Origin: Thermodesulfobacteriota bacterium
GTDB taxonomy: Bacteria; Desulfobacterota; RBG-13-43-22
DNA length: 64,000 bases
Reading direction: 5' to 3'
Assembly (NCBI GenBank): GCA_040755035.1
Contig: JBFMBU010000254.1
Location: 2,835-66,834 of the forward strand
Under the pieces are notes generated by a model. The model did not search any database and was not told the DNA's origin. It worked only from the letters and a program-made list of their open reading frames with translations. The translations under genes were made by a program, and so were the position numbers. How positions within the stretch are numbered: the first letter of the stretch is position 1; the number at the start of each line of letters is the position of its first letter. Positions 26,586 through 35,086 of this stretch are shown here, piece by piece.

Positions 26586-28340
26586 TTAAAATTTCCCCTG
26601 TCGCAATTCCATTTCCAGCAACTGATAGCGGTACAGGCGGGCATAAGGACCGTCCCGGTCAAGTAGATGCTCATGTTCCCCCTGTTCTACCACCTTCCCG
26701 GATTCCAAAAAGAATATTTCATCCGCATCTTCCCAACCCACCAGACGATGGGTGATGAAAACCAGGGTCCGGTCCTTCTTGAATTCCTTCAAATTTTCAC
26801 GGATCTGGAACTCGGTATTAAGGTCCACAGAGGAGAGCGTATTGTCCAAGATCAGCAGGGCCGGATTAGCCAGTAGAGCCCGGGCCAGAGAAAGCCTTTG
26901 TTTCTGTCCTCCGGAGAGGAGAACACCCTTCTCCCCCACCACAGTGTCCAGGCCCTGTGGAAAGGTCCGTACTTCCTCCTCCAGGGCAGCGACTTTGAGC
27001 ACCTCCCAGAGCTGCCCTTCTTCGGCCTCCGGCCGGACCAGAAGCAGATTGGCCCGGATGGTATCGGAAAAAAGGAAAGGTTCCTGGGGAACCAGGGAAA
27101 CGGTCTTTCTCAGGTCACCCAGAGGGATTTGGCGGAGATCCTGGCCGTTAAGACAGATCTTCCCCCGAAAGGGGTCCAGAAGCCGGACCAGCAGGAGGGC
27201 CAGGGTGGTCTTACCTGACCCGGTTTTCCCGCTGATAATATAGAAGCGGCCCGGTTTCATGTCCAGGCTGATCCCTTCCAGGGCCTTTTTCTCCTCCCCG
27301 GGATAGGAAAAGGATAGGCTTTCCACCCGGAGTTCGGGCCTGGGCCAAGCGGGAGGCGCAATAACTCCCGGGCGGTCGGCGATTTCCGGGGATTCGCTTA
27401 AAACCCGTTCAATCCTTGCCAGGGAAACCGCCCCCCTTTTGATCAGATTAAAGCCCCAGCCCAGGGCCGTCACCGGCCAGGTCAGGAGTTGAAGATAACT
27501 GATAAAGGCCACAAAGTCGCCGGTGGTGATCTCCTGATCCAGGACCTGTCTTCCGCCTACCCAGAGGACCACCACCAGACTGAGATTGGTCAATAAAACG
27601 GACATGGGGAAGAGGGTGCTGGTAACCCGGGCCAGAGCGATATTCTGATCCTGATAATCCTGACTCAACCGCGCCAATCCCGCCTCTTCCCGCGCCTCCA
27701 GGGTGTAGGCCTTGATCACCAGGATTCCGGCCAGGCTCTCCCGCACCTTTTCCATAATCAGGGCAAAAGTGCCCTGGACCTTTTCAAACCGTTGATGAAG
27801 CATCTTGCTCAACCGTTGGGTAAGAAAAGCGGCCAGGGGCATGGGCCAGAGGGAGATCAGGGTCAGTTGGGGATTGATATAGGCCATAAAAGCGATGGCC
27901 GCCGATCCCAGTACCAGGGCATCCAACAGGGAAACCAGTCCCATGCCCATGGCCATTCTGACCGCTTCCATGTCATTGGTGGCGTGGGCCATTAAATCGC
28001 CGATGGAGGTTCGCTGGTAATAGGATTGGGAAAGGCTCAGCAAATGGGCGAAGAGCCGGTTGCGCAGGGCTTCTTCGACCCTGCGGCCCTGGCCGAAAAT
28101 CAACCGCCTCCAGAACATACGGAAAAGAAAGATCAGGGAAGCGGCAGCGATGATTCCCAGGACATAAGGGATCAGGCGGCTGCCCGCCGCCGAACCGGAG
28201 GTCAGGGCGTCGATGGCGCCCTTAATGAAGCGGGGGATGGACAGTTGCAAAAAATCAACGGAAAAGAGAAATAGGATGCCGAAAAGCAAAGGGACCCATC
28301 CCTGGCGCAGGTAAGGGAAAAGGAGACGATAGGATTGCAT
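26586..28340 (-). CDS. ABC exporter, fused permease/ATPase, subunit 1 (heterodimer partner)
   Basis: Walker A GKTGSGKTT, signature LSGGQKQR and Walker B LLILDNTLS. It abuts the downstream exporter gene. Confidence 0.9.
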   Translation of the reverse strand: MQSYRLLFPYLRQGWVPLLFGILFLFSVDFLQLSIPRFIKGAIDALTSGSAAGSRLIPYVLGIIAAASLIFLFRMFWRRLIFGQGRRVEEALRNRLFAHLLSLSQSYYQRTSIGDLMAHATNDMEAVRMAMGMGLVSLLDALVLGSAAIAFMAYINPQLTLISLWPMPLAAFLTQRLSKMLHQRFEKVQGTFALIMEKVRESLAGILVIKAYTLEAREEAGLARLSQDYQDQNIALARVTSTLFPMSVLLTNLSLVVVLWVGGRQVLDQEITTGDFVAFISYLQLLTWPVTALGWGFNLIKRGAVSLARIERVLSESPEIADRPGVIAPPAWPRPELRVESLSFSYPGEEKKALEGISLDMKPGRFYIISGKTGSGKTTLALLLVRLLDPFRGKICLNGQDLRQIPLGDLRKTVSLVPQEPFLFSDTIRANLLLVRPEAEEGQLWEVLKVAALEEEVRTFPQGLDTVVGEKGVLLSGGQKQRLSLARALLANPALLILDNTLSSVDLNTEFQIRENLKEFKKDRTLVFITHRLVGWEDADEIFFLESGKVVEQGEHEHLLDRDGPYARLYRYQLLEMELRQGKF

Positions 28341-28507
28341 AGAAAGGCCAAAGGTTATGTGTGTGAGACCATGAAAAAGTTACAGACTATATGGGGAAAA
28401 GCGGCCCGTCAATGAAAAAATATTTCCCGGTTTTGTTTAGATACTTACTCGAAAAGTCTGATGATTTGTCTCTCACTTTCGAGACCCACCATTTCAGATA
28501 GATTTGG

Positions 28508-29779
28508 TTAAATTTTTGGCTGAAAGGGCCGGTCATACCCGGTCATTTCCACATAACCCTTTCCTTCCACTGACCGCCCCCGATGAATCCCTTTTACTTC
28601 CACCGCCCCCTCCCAATAGGTAACGCCGGTGCTCTTGGAGGTTACCAGCTCCTGGTCATTGATTAAGGGGGTTAGTTCCAGCTTCAAATCATTTTCCGGC
28701 AGTAAAATCTCCCAGGCCGCCGGATAAACCGCCCCGGTTCGAGGGCTCTTCCAGGATTTCAAGGTCCGGATTTTAATCCTCTCGACCGGGAGATGCCTGC
28801 TTTTTCCCCCAGCTAACATCAGAGTCCCGCTGGAGCGGGGATCCACCTGACCCTGCACTTGCCGAAGCTGGTAGAGCATCAAATCCGTTCCATCGTTCAA
28901 CTGGATGGAGAACCAGTCCCAGCCGACCTGATTTTCGGCCAGCTGGTTGCTGCCGAACTCGTGGTCCATCCAACTCAATCCCTGGACCGGTATCCTTTTT
29001 CCTTTCCGTGTTAAATACCCTTCAGTTTTCATCCGGGTCAGGGAATAATAGTGTGAGGCCTGACCTGGTTTCGGTCCCTTCTGGCTGACCCCGTCAAGAC
29101 CGTGGACCAAAGGGGGACGAACCGGAATCAGAGTCAGGGCCAGGGCCAGATCCCGGTCCCCGGCCTGAAGTCGATGGTTCGTCCCTTCCTCGTCTACCTG
29201 CCAGCTTTCCAGCCAAACCCGATAGCGTCTGCCTTCGGCCCCTGCCAATCCCAGACTGCCCCTGGAAATTTTTTCTTTGAACTGAAAAATCCGACCCTCG
29301 ACCTCGGTAACGGCCAGATGGGCCAGATACACCTCCCGCAGCTCCCAGCGGGACCCCTTGAGGGGTAATGATCCGGGAATCAAACCGACCCGAAAAAAAG
29401 TCAACTGGTAACCGAATCGTTCCCCGGCGGGACCGGTAAGATGACCGTTGTAGTACCACCATTCGGTCCTGAAATCCTTGTGTGCCCGGTGATCTCGGGG
29501 GAATTCGAATTTCCATCCCGGCAGAGCGGATTTAAAGGAAGGGGAATCAGGGGCAGCCAGGCTGATCCCGGCCAGAAGAGATAGGAAAAAAAGGAAAAAG
29601 AATAGAGAAAAAGACACGGGGAAGCGGAGAAACGGTGACGCGAAGACACGGAGAAATGCTTTTTTATGGCTCTTAAAGTTTTTTTCGCCCCTTCTCCCCT
29701 TCTCGCTCTCTCCCCAATCCTTGGTACTTTCTCTCCCTCCCACTTTACCGCTCATCTCCGTTTCCCCGCTTCTCCCCAT
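28508..29779 (-). CDS. AttH/CrtC-like lipocalin-domain protein (secreted)
   Basis: FEFPRDHRAHKDFRTEWWYYNGHL...YQLTFFR...SHYYSLTRM...SWMDHEFGS are hydroxyneurosporene-synthase/AttH-like motifs. The first ~55 codons of the tracked ORF run through low-complexity DNA, so the true start is probably near the signal peptide (~29620). Confidence 0.7.
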   Translation of the reverse strand: MGRSGETEMSGKVGGRESTKDWGESEKGRRGEKNFKSHKKAFLRVFASPFLRFPVSFSLFFFLFFLSLLAGISLAAPDSPSFKSALPGWKFEFPRDHRAHKDFRTEWWYYNGHLTGPAGERFGYQLTFFRVGLIPGSLPLKGSRWELREVYLAHLAVTEVEGRIFQFKEKISRGSLGLAGAEGRRYRVWLESWQVDEEGTNHRLQAGDRDLALALTLIPVRPPLVHGLDGVSQKGPKPGQASHYYSLTRMKTEGYLTRKGKRIPVQGLSWMDHEFGSNQLAENQVGWDWFSIQLNDGTDLMLYQLRQVQGQVDPRSSGTLMLAGGKSRHLPVERIKIRTLKSWKSPRTGAVYPAAWEILLPENDLKLELTPLINDQELVTSKSTGVTYWEGAVEVKGIHRGRSVEGKGYVEMTGYDRPFQPKI

Positions 29780-29827
29780 CCCGTCGCCCTCTCGCCCCCT
29801 CTCCGCTTCCTGTTTTTTTTAATTCCC

Positions 29828-29867
29828 CAATCCGCAATCCGAAATCCGCAATCCGCAATCCGAAATC
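29828..29867. repeat. Heptanucleotide microsatellite (MAATCCG) x ~5.7
   Basis: caatccg caatccg aaatccg caatccg caatccg aaatc lies between the FtsX-permease stop and the AttH-like gene. Confidence 0.85.
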
Positions 29868-29871
29868 AAGA

Positions 29872-32445
29872 TCATTCCTCTCTGATCATCTCCTGGGCGC
29901 TTTTTCGGACAGCCATGCGGGAGGGAATCCAACCGGAGAAAAAGGACCCCAGGACAATGATTCCCAGGGTTTGAAGGTATATCGTCCCTGACCAGTGAAA
30001 GGGAATGGTCCAGCCGAAGGATTGTTTATTAATGACAAAAATCAAAATAAGCGACAGGAGCGTCCCGGACGCCGCTCCCCAGATCAGGCTGAAAATCCCC
30101 ATCAGGGTGGTTTCGGTGAGGATCATTCTCCGGACCTGTCCGCTTGCGGCTCCCACCGCTTTAAGTATACCCAGTTCCCTTTCCCGGAACAGTACGGAAA
30201 TGGCGCTGGAATGGAGGATCCCCAGGAAGGCCATTAAGACGGCAATGGCCTCCAGAATATAGGTGATGTGAAAGGTCTGGTCAAAAATTTTCAGGATCTG
30301 GTCCCGCAGTTCCCGATTGGATATGATGACCAGGGTCGAACGATCGGCGAATCTTTTCAAAATCGATTCCCGCACCGGGTTGATTTTTGAAGGGTCCTTA
30401 AGGTAGAGCCTTAGACCGTTGATCCGGGGATCCTGCCAGTAGCGGAGAAAAAGAGTACGGTCCATCCAGACCGCCCCTCCTTCGGTCCGGTAATCATAGA
30501 AAACACCGGCCACCGAAAAGCTATGGGGCCCCCCGGCGGTCATCATCTCCAGCCGGTCACCGGGTTTCAGATGCAGTTGTCCGGCCAGGATTTCAGAAAC
30601 CAGGATTCCTTCAGCGTTCAAAGCCTGATTAAAGATATCCTCCCCTTTCCCCTGGGTAAAGGAAAGTCCGCCATACCGCTGAATGACCGCCAGGTCTCCT
30701 GACCAGATGCGCAGGGAATAACCCCGCAGGTCCGTGCTGACTCCCCGGTAGGCATAGACATGGGCCAGTTCTTTCATGCTTTTTATTTCCTCCACCACCC
30801 GGGGATCCATAAACTGGGAAAAGCCCTGGTTGGAAGGAAAAATGGGACCGACAAAGAGGTCTCCGCTCACCGATCGGCTGATCCAGTTATCCACTCCCTG
30901 GCGGAAACTGCGGATCATCAATCCGATGCTGATCAACATGGCCACGGCAATCATCAGGGCAGCCATGGAAACGGCCATACGGCCGGCATAGCGGTTGACA
31001 TAGTTCCCACCCAGCCAGGCGGAGATGAAACCCTTTTTCCTCTTCAGGCGGGAAATAAAAAGGCGGTTGATCCCCCAGCGGATCCCACCGGGGAGCAGCA
31101 GGGAAAAACCCAGGGTCAGGGTCAGGGTGGAGGCGAATCCTCCCACCGGCCAATGGTCCCAGGGCGGAAGCCAGGTCAGGGGGAGGGAAACGAGCAGCAA
31201 CCCCAGCCCTCCCAGGGTCAGCTTCCAGTTCCGGGATTTTACGGGTCCGATCAATCCGGTTTTTTGATAAAGGACTTCCCGGGGCTCGAGCCTGGAGGCC
31301 TGTCTGGCCGGAAGATAGGCCGAGATCATGGAAGCGGCGATGGAAAGCAGGAGAAAAAGCAAGGTCTCGCTCGGGGAAAAGGGAATATCCGCCACTCCGA
31401 CCATGGCATACAAATCGTTAATGGTCCTGGAAACGGTTTCCAGCAGAAATCCGGCCAGAACCCAGCCACCCAAGATCCCCAGCAAACCGCCGATCAAACC
31501 GTACCCGGCTGCCTCCCAAAGGATCAGACGCAGGATCTGTCCCGGAAGCATTCCCAGCGACCTTAGAACACCCAGGTCCTTACGCCGCCGGGCAACAGAT
31601 AATGAGGCCGTATTGTAAATGAGATACATACCCACCAGAACGGCGATAAAACTTAAAGCGGTCAGGTTCAGTTGATAGGAACGGATCATCCGCTCTGTCC
31701 CCTGTTCCCTTCCGCCTGCTGGAATCCATCGCACACCCGGGGGAAGAATGGCCTTTAACTCCTGCAAGCGGATATCCTCCTCGCCGCCCTCCCGCAGAAT
31801 CAAGTCGATGCGGTCCAAACCCCCTCTTTTCCCGAACACCTCCTGAGCCTGGGCGATATCCATCAGGCCCATTTGTCCACCGAAAACCTGAGTGGTCCCT
31901 CGGCCGTCCAAAAGAACCGCAACCGTGAGCTTCTGATAACGTCCGTTAACTAAAACAGAAAAGGAGTCTCCTTTCTTCAACCCCACTTGGGCGGCGAATT
32001 CACGGGGAAGGGCGACGGCCCGCGGGGTAAGCAGCAGGGCAAGAAGGTCCGCTTCCGTAAGGGAGGAAAGGGCCCCGGAATATCGGCCGAATTCTCTTTC
32101 GGAAAAGTAATCGAGCCCTATGATCAGGATGGCCTGATTAGGGGGGCGGTGCAGGGTGGAAGAAAATTCTACTACCGGTGCGGCGGCTTGAACTTCCGGG
32201 TGTTTTTTTATTTGGGGGAAAAGGTCTTCCTCGATCTCTTTTCCTTCCCGGACCAACTGCCATTCGGCCTTCCCGGATACGGCCTGAACCGTTTTTTTAA
32301 AGGACTTTAAAGAAGCCCCCACCGTCAAATGAATACTGACGAAAACTGTGACCCCCAGGGCCAAACCGAAGAGGGTCAGTAGGGATTGACGCCAGGACTG
32401 GAGATAGCGTCGCAGGATAAAGAGCCGATAAACCTTAATGATCAT
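29872..32445 (-). CDS. ABC transporter permease with two FtsX-like domains (AttF/G-like, MacB/LolE type)
   Basis: An 857-aa protein with two 4-TM FtsX modules separated by large periplasmic domains. It overlaps the upstream ATPase gene by 11 nt. Confidence 0.85.
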   Translation of the reverse strand: MIIKVYRLFILRRYLQSWRQSLLTLFGLALGVTVFVSIHLTVGASLKSFKKTVQAVSGKAEWQLVREGKEIEEDLFPQIKKHPEVQAAAPVVEFSSTLHRPPNQAILIIGLDYFSEREFGRYSGALSSLTEADLLALLLTPRAVALPREFAAQVGLKKGDSFSVLVNGRYQKLTVAVLLDGRGTTQVFGGQMGLMDIAQAQEVFGKRGGLDRIDLILREGGEEDIRLQELKAILPPGVRWIPAGGREQGTERMIRSYQLNLTALSFIAVLVGMYLIYNTASLSVARRRKDLGVLRSLGMLPGQILRLILWEAAGYGLIGGLLGILGGWVLAGFLLETVSRTINDLYAMVGVADIPFSPSETLLFLLLSIAASMISAYLPARQASRLEPREVLYQKTGLIGPVKSRNWKLTLGGLGLLLVSLPLTWLPPWDHWPVGGFASTLTLTLGFSLLLPGGIRWGINRLFISRLKRKKGFISAWLGGNYVNRYAGRMAVSMAALMIAVAMLISIGLMIRSFRQGVDNWISRSVSGDLFVGPIFPSNQGFSQFMDPRVVEEIKSMKELAHVYAYRGVSTDLRGYSLRIWSGDLAVIQRYGGLSFTQGKGEDIFNQALNAEGILVSEILAGQLHLKPGDRLEMMTAGGPHSFSVAGVFYDYRTEGGAVWMDRTLFLRYWQDPRINGLRLYLKDPSKINPVRESILKRFADRSTLVIISNRELRDQILKIFDQTFHITYILEAIAVLMAFLGILHSSAISVLFRERELGILKAVGAASGQVRRMILTETTLMGIFSLIWGAASGTLLSLILIFVINKQSFGWTIPFHWSGTIYLQTLGIIVLGSFFSGWIPSRMAVRKSAQEMIREE

Positions 32446-33112
32446 CCAGGATTTTCCCGTCCCTCAAATGAATAACCCGATGGGCCAGGACATCCGCCTC
32501 CCGGGAATGAGTGGCAATAATGATCGTCTGTCCTTTTCCCTGGTTTAAAGCGGCCAGAATCGACAAGACCTGTGCCCCGGTATGGGAATCGAGATTGCCG
32601 GTAGGCTCATCGGCCAGAATCACCCTGGGGGAGTTGATCAGGGCCCGGGCAATGGCTACCCGCTGTTGTTCCCCCCCGGACAATTCATGGGCGCGGTGTT
32701 TTCGGCGATGGGTCATTTCGGTTTGGACCAAAAGCGCCTCCACCAGACCGGCCGTTTCCTGATCATCAAAACCATCCAGCCAGCGGGGTAAAGCAATATT
32801 TTCTTCTACGGTCAACATGGGAATCAGGTTAAAGGACTGGAAGATGGTCCCCACCTGACGGCGGCGGAAAAGGGTCCGCTCTTTTTCCGAAAGGAGAGTG
32901 ATCTCCCGGCCGTCCACCCGGATTTCCCCGGAGGAAGGCCGGTCCAGGGCCCCGATCATGTTCAAGAGGGTCGTTTTCCCGCATCCGCTTTTCCCGGAGA
33001 GCACCACCATTTCCCCCTGAGCAACAGCGAGATCAATTCCCTGAAGCGCCCGCACTTCCCCGGCTTCGCTGGGATAGGATTTTGAGATGTTGCGGAGTTC
33101 GATGAGGGGCAT
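32435..33112 (-). CDS. ABC transporter ATP-binding protein (LolD/MacB-ATPase family, AttE-like)
   Basis: Walker [10 protein letters not shown], signature [14 protein letters not shown] and Walker [12 protein letters not shown]. Confidence 0.9.
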   Translation of the reverse strand: MPLIELRNISKSYPSEAGEVRALQGIDLAVAQGEMVVLSGKSGCGKTTLLNMIGALDRPSSGEIRVDGREITLLSEKERTLFRRRQVGTIFQSFNLIPMLTVEENIALPRWLDGFDDQETAGLVEALLVQTEMTHRRKHRAHELSGGEQQRVAIARALINSPRVILADEPTGNLDSHTGAQVLSILAALNQGKGQTIIIATHSREADVLAHRVIHLRDGKILDDH

Positions 33113-34099
33113 TTATATCATCCACTCCCTGAAATGATCCTTCATCTCCTTGACTGCCATAATGATCCACCTCCGTTCCCCTTGTCCCATTTGCACAGGA
33201 AGAGGCTGTTCCCCAGGGGCATCGCTGTAAGCCAGACAAAGTCGGGCCATCATTTGCCAATCTTCTTCCTGGCAGATCCGGCCGAGAGCGAGAACAAGCG
33301 GACCGGGGTAGGTTAGGGTTCGGGCCCAACCGTCCTCAGGGCTGATAACGGTTTCAATGAGTTCATTTTCTTTTTGGTTTCTACCCACCACTATCTTGAG
33401 GGCAGAACCCGAACGGAAATGACGGCCCGTCTTAAGCAGCTCCACCTCCCGCAGGGGCGGGTCCGGGCAGTGAGAAAACAGTTCCTTCAAGCGCCTGGAA
33501 AAAACGGGATCCGTCAAAAGGCAGCCCCCGGCCGGGGCCGGGTAATCCCGGATCCCGTATCGCTCAGCCAGGGCCATCTGTCGTTTACGGGACCTTCCTT
33601 GAATGTCCAATAAACGGGATCGATCCACCAGGCCTTCTTTTTCGGGCCCGGTCTCCGGCAGCAACAGGGCGCTCAAAGGACGGAGGACCCGATCCACCAG
33701 GCCGGATGCCTTTTCCACGGCCCGCAACGAGGGCCTGGTTTGAGAAAAAGGCCTTTGCCCCAGCACTTCTCCGCTAAAGATAAAATCCACCCCCTCCTTT
33801 TCCTTCATTTCTCCGGCCTTGCGGACCATGAGGGCGTGACAATCGATACAGGGATTCATTCCCTTGCCGTATCCGTATCTGGGGGCTTTAAGCATTCTCC
33901 AGTGCTCTTCCGTGATATCCAGGATCTCCAGGGGGATTCCCAATTGATCAGCGGCCTGGATGGCTTTTTCCGGACCGAAAAAGGGCGTGCGGAAAGAAAT
34001 TCCCAGGACCTGGATCCCTTGATCTAAAAGCAATCGGGCGGCCAAGATGCTGTCCAGACCGCCCGAAAGCAAACCTGCTGCTTTAATGGTTCGACTCAT
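33113..34099 (-). CDS. PP-loop ATP pyrophosphatase, tRNA-thiolation-type (ThiI/MnmA-like)
   Basis: It has a PP-loop SGGLDS at the N-terminus, MNPCIDCH, and FSGEVLGQRP. Confidence 0.7.
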   Translation of the reverse strand: MSRTIKAAGLLSGGLDSILAARLLLDQGIQVLGISFRTPFFGPEKAIQAADQLGIPLEILDITEEHWRMLKAPRYGYGKGMNPCIDCHALMVRKAGEMKEKEGVDFIFSGEVLGQRPFSQTRPSLRAVEKASGLVDRVLRPLSALLLPETGPEKEGLVDRSRLLDIQGRSRKRQMALAERYGIRDYPAPAGGCLLTDPVFSRRLKELFSHCPDPPLREVELLKTGRHFRSGSALKIVVGRNQKENELIETVISPEDGWARTLTYPGPLVLALGRICQEEDWQMMARLCLAYSDAPGEQPLPVQMGQGERRWIIMAVKEMKDHFREWMI

Positions 34100-34114
34100 T
34101 ATTGCCTTTTAAAA

Positions 34115-34215
34115 GTAGCTCGTAACTCGTATCTCGTGAATCGTATCTCATCTATCCGGCCATTAAAAACGGCAACCCCGACCTCTCGCTTCACGAGATA
34201 CGAGATACGAGCTAC
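34115..34215. repeat. Large hairpin whose 26-nt arms are built from CTCGTAN heptads
   Basis: GTAGCTCGTAACTCGTATCTCGTGAA (34115-34140) pairs with TTCACGAGATACGAGATACGAGCTAC (34190-34215), 25/26 complementary with a 49-nt loop. Confidence 0.85.
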
Positions 34216-34227
34216 GAGCCACATGCT

Positions 34228-34626
34228 TCAATCCCTCACCGAAACCAGATTGCAGCGGCAGCCGATGTGCATCACGATCCGATTAAGTTTATCGTATTCA
34301 TTGAGGGGGAAAATCCGGCTGGCCATCTTTTGACACTCGGAACAAACCAGATCATCACCTCGTGTTTCCCAGCGCAGCCCGGTTAAACGGGACCGCTTAG
34401 CGTCATGAATCACCCGGCGCCAGAGGGCCCTTTTTTCGATTTCCAGTTCCTTGGCTTTTTCCAGAGACATGGCCCCGCCGTAGGGCAAATGATAAAACCA
34501 TCTCGGTTCCTTTTCCATCAAAGTCTCCATTTCCACTCTGGCCTCCTTGATGAAATCCAAAAAAGGCTTGTTCCCTTCGGCTTTATTGGCTTCCTTCTTT
34601 TCCTTGTCTTTTTTCCAAAACGGCAT
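34228..34626 (-). CDS. Stand-alone phage Mu F / SPP1 gp7-like (head-morphogenesis) domain protein
   Basis: The C-terminus RWETRGDDLVCSECQKMASRIFPLNEYDKLNRIVMHIGCRCNLVSV matches the W-x-T-x-GD-x-VC-x-x-C...H-x-x-CRC pattern of PF04233-type domains. ATG 34626 follows GAAGGAGG. Confidence 0.45.
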   Translation of the reverse strand: MPFWKKDKEKKEANKAEGNKPFLDFIKEARVEMETLMEKEPRWFYHLPYGGAMSLEKAKELEIEKRALWRRVIHDAKRSRLTGLRWETRGDDLVCSECQKMASRIFPLNEYDKLNRIVMHIGCRCNLVSVRD

Positions 34627-34741
34627 GAGGCCTCCTTCGTACAAGATCAAATATCTTTGGAAAACCGGGGCATCCCTTCCAATCGAACCGCTTGACCGCC
34701 GATTAAGAGATAACGGACCTGATGAAGATTAAAAAGACGGA

Positions 34742-34936
34742 CTAATTCGTCCATTTAACCCCCCCCCTTTCGGCGATTTCCATCAAATATTCCATTTTCC
34801 ATTGATTCATTTCTTCGTAAGAGCGAAATTTTTTGGCCTTGAATTTCGGCAAACCGGACGGTTTCGGCAAGGGGGAGACCTCGGGGTTATTCACCCATAA
34901 AGTAAATTTACCATAATAATCGTCGGAAAACTTCAT
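34742..34936 (-). CDS. Hypothetical small protein
   Basis: MKFSDDYYGKFTLWVNNPEVSPLPKPSGLPKFKAKKFRSYEEMNQWKMEYLMEIAERGG. I recognise no family, and the start is chosen at an internal ATG of the tracked ORF. Confidence 0.3.
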   Translation of the reverse strand: MKFSDDYYGKFTLWVNNPEVSPLPKPSGLPKFKAKKFRSYEEMNQWKMEYLMEIAERGGVKWTN

Positions 34937-35086
34937 TACCTTCTTTCCCCAAAAAATTATGAGGCAAGTATAACCAACTTGAGGGCTTGGGTCAAGAAAT
35001 CCCTTTCCCCCTATTACTTGATAAACAAAAAGGCTTGAGTTGTTGAAAGTTGTATGTAACAATTATTCACATGTGCGTAGAACTCT

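Noticed and set aside
34228-35062. A prophage remnant inferred from the Mu F-like domain.
   Set aside because: There are no other phage-like genes, att sites or integrase nearby.
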